Below, piece by piece: positions 38,683-48,700 of a stretch of 64,000 bases of DNA. Numbering within the stretch: the first letter of the stretch is position 1; the number at the start of each line of letters is the position of its first letter. Source of the stretch: an uncultured virus (IMG/VR IMGVR_UViG_3300006620_000021) (Duplodnaviria > Heunggongvirae > Uroviricota > Caudoviricetes); the IMG/VR virus record IMGVR_UViG_3300006620_000021. The stretch is one strand, 5' to 3'. The position numbers were made by a program, and so were the translations under genes. A model generated the notes under the pieces. It saw only the letters and a list, made by a program, of their open reading frames with translations, ran no database searches and was not told the DNA's origin.

Positions 38683-39324
38683 TTATTTAGTCTGAGTAGA
38701 CTCGTTGACATCCTGACCACTACCACCAGATCCTTTATGTCTTTGACGATGAAGGTCGTTTAATCTTTTGCGATGCTTCTTCATCACTTTATCCGCCTGA
38801 GTAAAAGTTTCTTCCTCAGAGACCTTCTTTTTTTTCTTCTCGGTATCAACATTAATCGCTTTACCTTTGCGATTTGGATTACCATCCTCTCTGTTCTTGC
38901 GTCTAAATGCTGCGTCTTCCTCATCTTTATTGAGGTTACGCTTCATTTTGCTTGAACCNNNNNNNNNNNNNNNNNNNNNNNNNNNNNNNNNNNNNNNNNN
39001 NNNNNNNNNNCAACCAGGCTTGCCATCACTAGAACGACTCTTGCCAAACCAGTCACGCAAAGAAGAATCACCACTTTTGTTCCCCTCTTGGACCCACTCT
39101 TCAGCATAATTACCTTCTCTTTTTGCTTTGTCTCTAAGTGCTTTAAGCAACTTATTGTCACCAGGAGCATCTCCAGGTTTTTTCTTTAAGTTCTCTCTTC
39201 TCTTCTTTTCAAATTCATGTCGCTTTGCAGCAGACATTTTTTTCTTAGGCACCAATTTTCCAGTATGAGCACCAATTTCAGTCTCATCCTTTGCCTCTAT
39301 CATGAAGTCTTTAAATATTTTCAT
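38683..39324 (-). CDS. Basic modular protein with a capsid-targeting-like N-terminus (contains an assembly gap)
   Basis: Starts MKIFKDFMIE; Lys/Arg-rich blocks separated by acidic xxE sites. Confidence 0.7.
   Translation of the reverse strand: MKIFKDFMIEAKDETEIGAHTGKLVPKKKMSAAKRHEFEKKRRENLKKKPGDAPGDNKLLKALRDKAKREGNYAEEWVQEGNKSGDSSLRDWFGKSRSSDGKPGXXXXXXXXXXXXXXXXXXGSSKMKRNLNKDEEDAAFRRKNREDGNPNRKGKAINVDTEKKKKKVSEEETFTQADKVMKKHRKRLNDLHRQRHKGSGGSGQDVNESTQTK
38959..39010. other. Assembly gap (52 N)
   Basis: Run of N inside a CDS. Confidence 1.
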
Positions 39325-39965
39325 CAGTTACAATTCCAGCGACGTAGTGCTTTGTTGATTCTGGAGTCTGGATCTCTTGCAGTTTTTGCTGAGGTCAGTC
39401 TCTTCTTCATACCTTTCATCCTGGAGCAGAATGAAGATCTGCGTTTGGCAGATTTAGAACCTTTCTTTAACTTAGAAGGTTTTGTTGTAACAGCAGTCTT
39501 CAATTTAGAACCTGGGTTCTCTTTACGATAAGCATTGACTGCCTTCTGACTCAGACCATCGGTCTTGTCTTTACGATTGACAGACTGCCAATCTTCCTTA
39601 GCAAGGTCACCAAACTTCTCACGATGCTTTCTCAGAGGTTCTGAGTTCTTACGATACTCCTTAGCAGACTCTGGTTTGTCTCCTGGATTAGTATTTAACT
39701 TCCTCTCAGAAGACTTCTTTTTGAGATCAACTGCTTCATTCTTGGGACGGCAATCATTTACAAGTTTGCCACCCTTCAACTTCATACCCACTTTTTTGTG
39801 GGTCTTCCAACAAGCACGTTCTTCATCTGCCTGCAGTTTGGCAGCGATTGCCATCTGACGACGCTTCTCTTTGGACTTGCCTTTGAATTGAGGAGCATCA
39901 GAATCATAGAAGTCGTCAATGACTTCTCCCATGCCCGACTTCTTAATATTCAGTTTTTCATCTAC
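39324..39965 (-). CDS. Basic modular protein; likely the -1 frameshift extension of 39962..41815
   Basis: Frame is open from the slippery site (VDEKLNIKKSG-MGEVIDDFY...); ends RINKALRRWNCN. Confidence 0.75.
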   Translation of the reverse strand, partial: VDEKLNIKKSGMGEVIDDFYDSDAPQFKGKSKEKRRQMAIAAKLQADEERACWKTHKKVGMKLKGGKLVNDCRPKNEAVDLKKKSSERKLNTNPGDKPESAKEYRKNSEPLRKHREKFGDLAKEDWQSVNRKDKTDGLSQKAVNAYRKENPGSKLKTAVTTKPSKLKKGSKSAKRRSSFCSRMKGMKKRLTSAKTARDPDSRINKALRRWNCN

Positions 39966-41815
39966 TTTCCCAGGCGGTCTTCCTCCTCGGATGCCATCTT
40001 ATATCCTGCCTTAGCAGCTTTGCCTGCAGTCTTTACACCAGAAGAGAATCCCTTACCAAATTCTTTAGCACCTTTGCCAACCTTAGAAGCAATTTTCTTG
40101 GTGGTTTCAATATCACCCTTGGCTCTTGCCATTGCTTTTTTGTGGCGATCCATTCCCTTAAGAACTTGCCTTGCAATGCCGTCTAATACAGGTCTCTTCT
40201 TAGGTTGTTGCTTCTTAGCAGTATCTGCTGCTGCCTTAGTTTTTTCTGCAGATGGTTTTTTCTTTGCAACTTCTTTAGCATCAATCTCTGCCTTTACTTC
40301 AGCATAAGACTTAGCACCTTTACGTGCTTTTTTTGCTGCTCTTGCTTCGGTAAGATAGGTATCTGCAGAGAGACCTTCTACAAAAGATACAAACTGTTCA
40401 AGACCAAGTTCTTCGATGAAGATATCTACACCATCCTCATTAACACCTTCATTAAAGAGATATTCTGCAGCGATGTCTGCTAATACTTCTTCTTTTTTGG
40501 TTTTGTTACCCCAGTTCTTAGCACCCTTCTTACGGCACTTAACTAATGCACCAGATGCATATGCACTTGGCCAAACACTATAACGGGATTTTACTTTGTG
40601 ATAGCAAGCATCTTTCTCGCCTGCTGCCTCATCTACTTCTTCCTCAGAAAGACTAGGGCAACACTTCTGACCATGAACAGCACAGTCTTTACCCTTTGGA
40701 GTTCCTGCACATTCTGCTTCTTCCTTTTGAACTTTTAGAAGAGGAGAATCAATAGGAGCATAACTGCTTGGTAATTCACTCTTATGGAATGAAGTTACTT
40801 TTCCTCCTGGATATACTTTTTCAATCTCTCTTTGAACATCCTTTCTAGTAGGCATTTTTGCCTGAGGGAAGAACATTCTAATCATATAAGACTTACCTCT
40901 CCAAATGACCACAACACCTACGATGTGACCAAATTCTGCAGGAAGTCTTACTCCTTCAGCAACTGGTTTTGATTTTGACTTTTTCTTATAAGTCTCTTTG
41001 GCGAAAGAATCAGTCTTACCACCATAAGTTGCTCTGACTGGTGCAGTGCCCTTTACATAAGTTTCAGAATCAGAATACTTGCCTTCATCCATTTCTTCTA
41101 CTTCTTCTTTTTGAGTTTTCTTTCTGGCTGCGATTCTGTCCTGAACATCCTTCATGGAGTCAGTGCTGTGAATCTTCATACCTCTTTCCTTGTCTCTCTT
41201 CTGGTTAGCAGCTGCTGCTTTCTCCAGAGCATCATCAGTCAATCTATTCTCTTCATTCGCTTTGACACAATTTGGATATCTCTTACCAAACATGGTCTTC
41301 ATTCCTTTCTTTTTGTATCCCGCCCAACACTTCTCAACAATATCTTCTGGTTTGATAAGATCAACTACTTCCATGAACTTATTACCGAAAGCATCTTCAA
41401 TAGAGAGAGATTCTCCCACTCCACCACCATTACCACCATTACCACCGTTGCCACCTTCACCACCTTCTACTGGTTTGTCGATACCAACTTCTTCTGGTTC
41501 ACGACCACCACCACCAAAACGTGCAGTCATCTTCAGACCTGCAGGAAGTTTCTTACACTTCTTATCAGTGTAGCAGTAGTACATACCCTTACCACACTTC
41601 TCTTCACCAAGAATGACATCAACAAGTTTTAATCCAGGAATAATTTCTTCCTGTTGACCCTGCCTAAACTTAGGGACATCAACTTTAGCAGCAGGACGCA
41701 ACTTTCTATCGGCAACCTTCCTTTCATTAGGGTTGTCCGACTTCTTCATATTATTAATTTTTGCTTGCTTGTTTGCAGCTTTATGGGTCTTAGGATTTAT
41801 ATCGAAACTTGCCAT
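39962..41815 (-). CDS. Large basic modular protein (candidate capsid-internal polyprotein)
   Basis: 617 aa of short Lys/Cys-rich modules separated by acidic linkers; lies between gp16 and gp17 after a late promoter. Confidence 0.8.
   Translation of the reverse strand: MASFDINPKTHKAANKQAKINNMKKSDNPNERKVADRKLRPAAKVDVPKFRQGQQEEIIPGLKLVDVILGEEKCGKGMYYCYTDKKCKKLPAGLKMTARFGGGGREPEEVGIDKPVEGGEGGNGGNGGNGGGVGESLSIEDAFGNKFMEVVDLIKPEDIVEKCWAGYKKKGMKTMFGKRYPNCVKANEENRLTDDALEKAAAANQKRDKERGMKIHSTDSMKDVQDRIAARKKTQKEEVEEMDEGKYSDSETYVKGTAPVRATYGGKTDSFAKETYKKKSKSKPVAEGVRLPAEFGHIVGVVVIWRGKSYMIRMFFPQAKMPTRKDVQREIEKVYPGGKVTSFHKSELPSSYAPIDSPLLKVQKEEAECAGTPKGKDCAVHGQKCCPSLSEEEVDEAAGEKDACYHKVKSRYSVWPSAYASGALVKCRKKGAKNWGNKTKKEEVLADIAAEYLFNEGVNEDGVDIFIEELGLEQFVSFVEGLSADTYLTEARAAKKARKGAKSYAEVKAEIDAKEVAKKKPSAEKTKAAADTAKKQQPKKRPVLDGIARQVLKGMDRHKKAMARAKGDIETTKKIASKVGKGAKEFGKGFSSGVKTAGKAAKAGYKMASEEEDRLGK
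39965..39988 (-). promoter_or_regulatory. Programmed -1 ribosomal frameshift signal
   Basis: GAGGAGG-10 nt-G GGA AAG-TAG. Confidence 0.75.
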
Positions 41816-41835
41816 TTCCTGAAAACACTTTTTTT

Positions 41836-42258
41836 CTATTTATCTTCATTAATATTTTTAGCTTGCTGCTTGAGCATCTTTGATAACTCTGCTGTAGATC
41901 CGAAGAACATTGCATTGTTGGTCACATTTGTAGGACCTTTTTCATCAGCATCCAAATCCTTCACCTTCTTCTGAAGATCGAGTAATTTGTCCGTTGCATC
42001 TGCAACATTTTTAATTAACTGACCAACAACTTCAAATTGTCTTGCTTGTCCACTATCTTGGGCAAGTTCTAATGCAGTGTCTAATGCTTCTTGACCCTTC
42101 TCAATAATAGAATAAAGGTTTCCTCTAGTATATTCATAATCTTTAGTTACATCTTCAGACTCTGAAGGTTTTGTCAACTCCTTTTTTTCTTTCTCTGGTT
42201 TTACAATCTCCGCTTCCACGTCAAATGTATCGTTAAGATCCTTAAATTTATCAGTCAT
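41836..42258 (-). CDS. gp16: Terminase small subunit (gp16)
   Basis: DYEYTRGNLY..IEKG, FEVVGQLIK and NNAMFFGSTAEL. Confidence 0.9.
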   Translation of the reverse strand: MTDKFKDLNDTFDVEAEIVKPEKEKKELTKPSESEDVTKDYEYTRGNLYSIIEKGQEALDTALELAQDSGQARQFEVVGQLIKNVADATDKLLDLQKKVKDLDADEKGPTNVTNNAMFFGSTAELSKMLKQQAKNINEDK

Positions 42259-42260
42259 AA

Positions 42261-43235
42261 TCAACCACTAAATCCAAAGTTATCGCCAGATTCGATTAAA
42301 TCATTGTCTGCTTCAGTAATCAAATACATTGGTGTTCCACCAACGTGTTCAGTAGCAGTTGTTCTATACATGCCTCTGTTCACTGTCAGATCATTATTAG
42401 TTTTTTCCTTAATGTAAAGGGTTTCTTCATCAAGGGTAATATATGATCTAACTGGTACATTTGATGCATCATCAACAGTAATAACACCTGTACCTGCCAA
42501 AATATTGTCAGAAATATTAGTGACAATAGTTCCGCTGTATGCTTTGGTTGCGATTGGTTTTTGATATACCAAATCTCTTCTTGCATCTGGACTTGGGTCT
42601 CCACCAGCAACACCAATAGAAACTCTGGTAATAATATCTCCTTTTGTTTCTGGAACTGGTCCAAAGAGATGAGTCTTTGCACTAAACTTTAACGTATAAA
42701 GTAAAACCCTTCTTGACGTATAGTCGCCGTCATAATTATCTTCAAATGATACTGATTCTAAAGTAATTGGTATATCTCTTTTCTCACCAATAGCCTCTAC
42801 CAAATCGATTGTAAGATTATAATTTGGTTGAAAATATGGTAAAATTTGTTCTACAATTTGAAGAGCATCATCATTTAGAAGTGTCATTATAGACAATTCA
42901 AAGTCCATATTATATGGAACGGGATGATACATTTTGCGTATCTCTTTTGAGTCCGTAGACAACGAGGTTGCAAAGTGCTGTGTCGATGCCAACTTTCTAC
43001 TAGAGTCATAAGAGACTCCAGTAAATTCAAAAGATATTCTTGGCAAACTAATTTGAACAGGTTTGTTCAAATCTGGTTGTTGCTCAAGACGTGCCAAGAA
43101 CTTTTGAGTAGGACCATATGCCAAAGGAATCTTTATAATCTCACCGCCGTCTCTAGTAATTTCAATATTATTGAATAAAGTTCCAAACGCAATCACCGTT
43201 TTTCTAAAAATTTGGTGATAAAAATGATTAAACAT
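42261..43235 (-). CDS. gp15: Tail sheath stabilizer / terminator (gp15)
   Basis: FGTLFNNI, PLAYGP.QKF, LPRISFE and QILPYFQP. Confidence 0.93.
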   Translation of the reverse strand: MFNHFYHQIFRKTVIAFGTLFNNIEITRDGGEIIKIPLAYGPTQKFLARLEQQPDLNKPVQISLPRISFEFTGVSYDSSRKLASTQHFATSLSTDSKEIRKMYHPVPYNMDFELSIMTLLNDDALQIVEQILPYFQPNYNLTIDLVEAIGEKRDIPITLESVSFEDNYDGDYTSRRVLLYTLKFSAKTHLFGPVPETKGDIITRVSIGVAGGDPSPDARRDLVYQKPIATKAYSGTIVTNISDNILAGTGVITVDDASNVPVRSYITLDEETLYIKEKTNNDLTVNRGMYRTTATEHVGGTPMYLITEADNDLIESGDNFGFSG

Positions 43236-43246
43236 TGTATAGACTC

Positions 43247-44653
43247 CTAAGGATTACCAAATGGGTTAGACTCACTAAAATCTAGTATATTGTCTGCTTC
43301 TAACTCGATGGTATTATTTTGTGCAAATCCATCTTCTGGAATGTTAAATTTATTTAGGTCAATGTTTGCATATGCTGCGCCACTAGTTTGACCTATAATT
43401 GCTTCTCCAGATGCAAACTCACCAACAATATCTTTAAGTTTGAGGATTTGTGTAACAGAGTTCCAAGAATTTACTCTTGCAGTCGCACTAGTTGCAGACC
43501 CAACTACATCCTCATTTGTAAGATATGTTCCATAACCAACGTTTTGTGTAGGACCAGCAATTCTGATTTCTGGAACTCCTTCAAAATATCCACCAGCATC
43601 ATCAACTACCAATTCAGATACTTGACCCAATGTGTTAATACGTGCTCTAATTTTTGCTGCAATGGTTGTACTTGCAATACCAGGTGCAATAACAGTGACA
43701 TCAGGTACTCCAATATATCCACTACCACCACTAGTTATAGTGACAATACCAACAGCATCATCTGATAGTTGTGCAATTGCATATGCACCAGTTCCACCAT
43801 CACCATCATAGAAAGCAACTCTTGGTGCCACAGTGTAACCTGCACCAGGATTAGCAATTTCTATTCTTTGAACTCTACCTTTGTCTGGACTTGGTTCACA
43901 TAAGTCTACGATGCCTGTTATCATAGAAGCAATACCAACAGCAGTTGTACCACCACTAGGTGCTGAAGTAATTGCTACTCTTGGAGTTGACTGATAACCA
44001 TGTCCTCTTCTAGATACAATAATATTTCTTACAGCACCTAGTGGAACCAGAGATGTTATTGCTGTTGCAGTGGATCCAATACCAACCATGTTGAAGGTTT
44101 GGATATAACCTTGATCAACAACATTATCGTCAATCTCAGAGATGCCAGTATCAATCTCTTCATCATTGTATGCAAAGAGTTCTAATCTAAGTTCATAAAC
44201 ATAATTTTTCTGTAGTTGCCAAAAAGGTTTCTCATGCTCAACATACTTGATTTCAAATAATCTATCTCCCAATGGGAAATAAACCAAATCACCCTCTTTT
44301 GGTCTAGTTGTTAATTTTGTTTTATCTATGAGTGCTATCTGCGATTCAACAACAGATTCATAACGCTCTTTTGATATGATTAAAGTTAAGTCATCTACTT
44401 CTTGAACACCAAATTTTGACAGCAGTGTTCCTGCTCCACTAAATCCTTCATATGTATCAACATATGCTTCTAATGGAATTGCCGCACTAAACTCTGAGCG
44501 AGACACTTCCTCCATAATAGTTTTTTCATTTACATACACTCTAGGAATATAGTAAATCTCAACACCGAACATTTTTAATTGTTCGTTCACCAAATCTTGT
44601 ATTAGGTTTTGTTCCCCAGAAGATCCATGGAGAAAGAATGGATTTAATGCCAT
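43247..44653 (-). CDS. gp14: Neck protein (gp14)
   Basis: YYIPR, RPKEGDLVYFP, FEIKYVEHE.PF.QL and DFSESNPFG. Confidence 0.92.
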   Translation of the reverse strand: MALNPFFLHGSSGEQNLIQDLVNEQLKMFGVEIYYIPRVYVNEKTIMEEVSRSEFSAAIPLEAYVDTYEGFSGAGTLLSKFGVQEVDDLTLIISKERYESVVESQIALIDKTKLTTRPKEGDLVYFPLGDRLFEIKYVEHEKPFWQLQKNYVYELRLELFAYNDEEIDTGISEIDDNVVDQGYIQTFNMVGIGSTATAITSLVPLGAVRNIIVSRRGHGYQSTPRVAITSAPSGGTTAVGIASMITGIVDLCEPSPDKGRVQRIEIANPGAGYTVAPRVAFYDGDGGTGAYAIAQLSDDAVGIVTITSGGSGYIGVPDVTVIAPGIASTTIAAKIRARINTLGQVSELVVDDAGGYFEGVPEIRIAGPTQNVGYGTYLTNEDVVGSATSATARVNSWNSVTQILKLKDIVGEFASGEAIIGQTSGAAYANIDLNKFNIPEDGFAQNNTIELEADNILDFSESNPFGNP

Positions 44654-44657
44654 ATTA

Positions 44658-45488
44658 TTAACCGATCATGTCTAATGGTGGAAGTTCGTATGTAGAGGAC
44701 ATCTTATCCATCAATGCACTCATCTCACTTACTCCATCATCATATATCTGTCGTCCATTTAATTCTGTTCCTCCAGGAAGTTTTACTCCTTGGAATTTGA
44801 TTAAATTCTGACCCCACTGTTTTTTAAGAGCAGCAGTAACATACTTTTTAAGGAATGAATCATTCCATACTCCAGTAGATTCATTTGGATCAAGAAGTCT
44901 ATAGCAATCAATAACTAGAATGTCTCCAGGATCTAATGAAGACCAATCCATGTCCATATACAACCTGTCTTGCCTTTGATTAAATCTTATTTGTTTTTGC
45001 GTAGTCAATAAGAAGTCAATATCTGCTAATTGCCTCTTAACCATTGAATACGTTAAAAGTTCAATTGAACTGAAGTGATATAAATCATTCAAGAATAACT
45101 GATATTTAATATTAAACATTCCACTGGAAAGACTACTAGATCCTTCAAAGTGAAATATTTTAGTAATACCAATAACTTGTGGAGGAACTTGAATATAGTT
45201 CTCAGTTTCATAAAAGTTATAAGTTCTTCCTGAACTATCTGTAGCAGATGTGGTTGCAATACCAACACCACCAACTTTAGATCGTGCTCTATCAATATCT
45301 GCTTGAGTTACTTCATACTTTAAAAATGTTTGAACGACACCATCAAAATGTCGTTCGTAAAAATATTGTAAGGAGTCATCAATAATGTCATCAACTTGCT
45401 CATCAGCAACATTAATCTCCAGCACAGGAGCACCTAGTTGCCTCTTTGCGTAGTCAATCAGTCCTTGTCTGCTTGCTGGAGTTGCCAT
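44658..45488 (-). CDS. gp13: Neck protein (gp13)
   Basis: LGAPVLEINV and KKQWGQNLIKFQGVKLPGG..LNG. Confidence 0.94.
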   Translation of the reverse strand: MATPASRQGLIDYAKRQLGAPVLEINVADEQVDDIIDDSLQYFYERHFDGVVQTFLKYEVTQADIDRARSKVGGVGIATTSATDSSGRTYNFYETENYIQVPPQVIGITKIFHFEGSSSLSSGMFNIKYQLFLNDLYHFSSIELLTYSMVKRQLADIDFLLTTQKQIRFNQRQDRLYMDMDWSSLDPGDILVIDCYRLLDPNESTGVWNDSFLKKYVTAALKKQWGQNLIKFQGVKLPGGTELNGRQIYDDGVSEMSALMDKMSSTYELPPLDMIG

Positions 45489-45710
45489 TTACTTTTCCTT
45501 GTTTATTAATTGAATAAGGAGAGATTTGATTTCACTAACATCATCTTCTAATTTTTCAAGTCTCTCTCTTTCTTTACCTCTAATTTTCCTTAGATTTTTA
45601 TAATGAACATAGGACTTCTCATCTTGATTGATGATGGCGTTGGAAACAGTATCTCTTACGAGAAAACTGTTTCCTTCAACTTTTAAAAATCTAGATTCTT
45701 CCTCTGTCAT
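45489..45710 (-). CDS. Conserved small hypothetical protein
   Basis: KVEG...LVRD..SNAIIN followed by a coiled-coil tail; lies before gp13. Confidence 0.8.
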   Translation of the reverse strand: MTEEESRFLKVEGNSFLVRDTVSNAIINQDEKSYVHYKNLRKIRGKERERLEKLEDDVSEIKSLLIQLINKEK

Positions 45711-45712
45711 GT

Positions 45713-48700
45713 TTACGCTAATCCAATAACTCTCAAATCTTTAATCCTTGGAGGATATGCCTGATTTGTGGATGTACCCACAAGTTTAATACTGAAGTAT
45801 TTAAACTCTGGCAGATTATCAATACTGAATTCATAATCACGGTAAACTAGATTCTGACTTTCGGATGCTAATCTATCAGTTTTTGGAACTCTCTTGTCAG
45901 GGAGACCATTACTCTTAGCAAAATCAATAATCTTACCATTAGTATCTAGATTAGTATATCCAGGGAAAGGATAATATAGTGGTTCAATTTCTGGAGTGTT
46001 ACTAATTGAGTAGAACGCTCTAATATCATTAAAGGTGTTCACATATCCTGCAAGCAGAATTTTTATAGAAGTTGCTGGATTTTCCAACTCAACTTGCTTG
46101 TTTGCATATATGAACGCAGTAGGATCATCATCAATATTTGCAGTTCTCCTGTCAGTGGTATAATCCGTGATTGGAGCATTGACTCTATTTGATATGAGAA
46201 CCATACCAACTCTGTCAAGGTCAATTACAGGTGAGATGTTATTGTTCGCGGTGGATAATGTAAATGTAAGTTCCATTGACTTATCCGCAGGAAGTCCACT
46301 TTGTTGCTGAAGTTCGTTAACTCTAGAAGCAATCATTCTTGCTTCAGGCATGTAACTATCTTCACTCAAGTTAATAGGTGTGGATTCCGTCTGTTCAAAC
46401 GATAACTCATTACCATCGATACTAGTTGCACTAATACCTTTCAGTTCTGCCTTAATGGAAGTTCCTGGGAGTGCCATTGTTTGAACAATTGGTCTAACTG
46501 CTTCAAACTGAATGTTTTGTGTAGCAGTTACGCGATTACCACCTTCAGAAGCATTTGAATTGATGAAGAGTTTGGGGAACCCTACTCCAGTGCTTCTATC
46601 AACACCATTTATTGCGGTGTTAATCTTAAGATGATAGTTATCAAATCCAATAGAACGTGCGACTAAGGAATCAGAAAGTGTGTGATCTGTGTTTATTCTT
46701 CTGAGAGAAATTCCACTGTTCTCATACTTGCTGATATTTGATGTATCGGGATATGTAAATGATCCTGTTCCATCAATACCTCTAGTAATTCCTGTTAACT
46801 GACCATTAGAAATGCCAGTGTAAGAAATAATCTCATCGTCAATTATTACATAACCTGGGTTGGTTGATCCAACAGAGACGCTCTCAAAGGTTTCAAATCC
46901 AGCAGTGCTTGCAATACTAATTGCACCAGATTCAGAGTTTGTATACTCTGCAGTCAATGTAGTTGGTCTTCTATCACTTTGAGCATTTTGAATTCTAACA
47001 ATGTTCCTCGTATCATGCATACCATGATTCTTATGTTGAACATTGATGTGAAGTCCATCTCTATCGAGTGCTTCAAGTTCAAAGTCTGCTACTTGAATGG
47101 GATTGCCAGCAAGAGAGAACATAGTAGTAATTCCTGTAGAAGGACTTACATATTGAAGTGGTTTTGAAGCGTTCAATTGGAACTCACCTTGAACATTTTC
47201 AATGAACAGTTCATTGATTCCATTGACATTGCCAACAGATAACTCAAGATTTCTACCAAGAGATTCACTACCAACAGATTCTACAAGGAATACATCACCA
47301 ACTTGATAACCAGAACCACCATTGTTGATGGTTGCTGCAATAGCAACACCATTAGTTGCTCCTTGAGCACCAATAGTAATGTCTGCAGTGGCGTTTCTTC
47401 CTCTGCCAGAGAACGTTCTAAGTGCTACGTTATCATATGTAAGTTGAGTGCCATTAGATGGCGTGTAACCAATACCTGCATTTACGATGGTCAATGTACC
47501 AGTAGCAGATCCACCAGCACCAACATAATCACCACTAGCATTAGTATTCTCTTGAACGATGGTATTACCTTCAACAAAGTTGGCGGTGTTTATAACATCA
47601 TTTGCAGTTACTACGAGTGATCTTGAATTAAACTCAATAGGATCTTGAACAAGAGTTGCAATTTGGTTATTACCAATTCCTAACTCTGGGTTGAAGAACG
47701 ATACCGTAGCAGTCTCGTCAAAGTTAGCAGTATAAAGACTGAACTTCATATCTTCATACTGACTAGGAGTCCAAGTAGAACCATTCTGAGACTTAAACAG
47801 AGATCCGAGGTGTGGTTGTGAAGACACAATCACTTGTCTAGATTCTGGTTGCAGAAGAGTGCTTACATCGACTTCACCCATTCTAGAGATCCAAGCGGTG
47901 TACTCGTGAGAGTTTGACAGCATAACAATTGCATGTTCTGCTTCACCGTTAAGATAAACTGGGGATGGGAATGTAACTTTGGTTGGGATACTCGCATCAT
48001 GAGTTTCAATTACATCAGCAGGATCAAGGATTACTTCACCGAAGGGGTAGATCTGTTCAGATGGAACACCTGCGTTCATTGGACGCAGTTGAACAATCAG
48101 AGGTAGAACTGGGTCTTTTGTTCTGATGTAAACATCAATCTCAGTGATGAATGAACCTGGATCATCTGCGAGTGAGAAGGACTGTGCAAGGGGATCCTTT
48201 CCTCTACGACGACGAGGTGGTCTGGGTGGACGACGAGGTGGTCTGGGCGGTCTTCTCCGTGGCCTTGGCGGTGGAGGTGCTGGTCTCCGTCTTCTCCTTC
48301 TGACGGGTCTTCTACGCACTCTACGTACACGTCTGACAATCGTAGGACGACGAATAACTACGCGGCGTCTTCCACCTCCACGTCTTGGTGGATTAGGGGG
48401 TGCAGAAGGAGTTGGCGCTGGTGGCGGTGGTGGTGGCGGTGGTGGCGGGGGAGGAACTGGTAGTGGAGTAGTACTAGTAGATGTAGAGTTAGTTGAAGTT
48501 CTAGTGACACGTACATCAGTAGCAGGTTGAGTCTCAGAAGCAGCAACCCTTTCAAATCTTGGACTTCTAGTAGACCTAATGGTCTCTTGCATGTTATTAA
48601 CAGTACCAGAAGCAAAGTAAGACTCTTCGCCAGAGGTATCAGTAAGACCAGCAATCTGACTATTTGTAGAATTACTAGTTAATCTAAAGATTTTAGTACC

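Noticed and set aside
38959..39010. Possible disruption or recoding within the 213-aa ORF
   Set aside because: This is an assembly gap; its true length and the frame across it cannot be verified.
41421..41467. Short 9-nt tandem repeats
   Set aside because: They encode a GGE/GGN flexible linker; not a CRISPR array or regulatory repeat.
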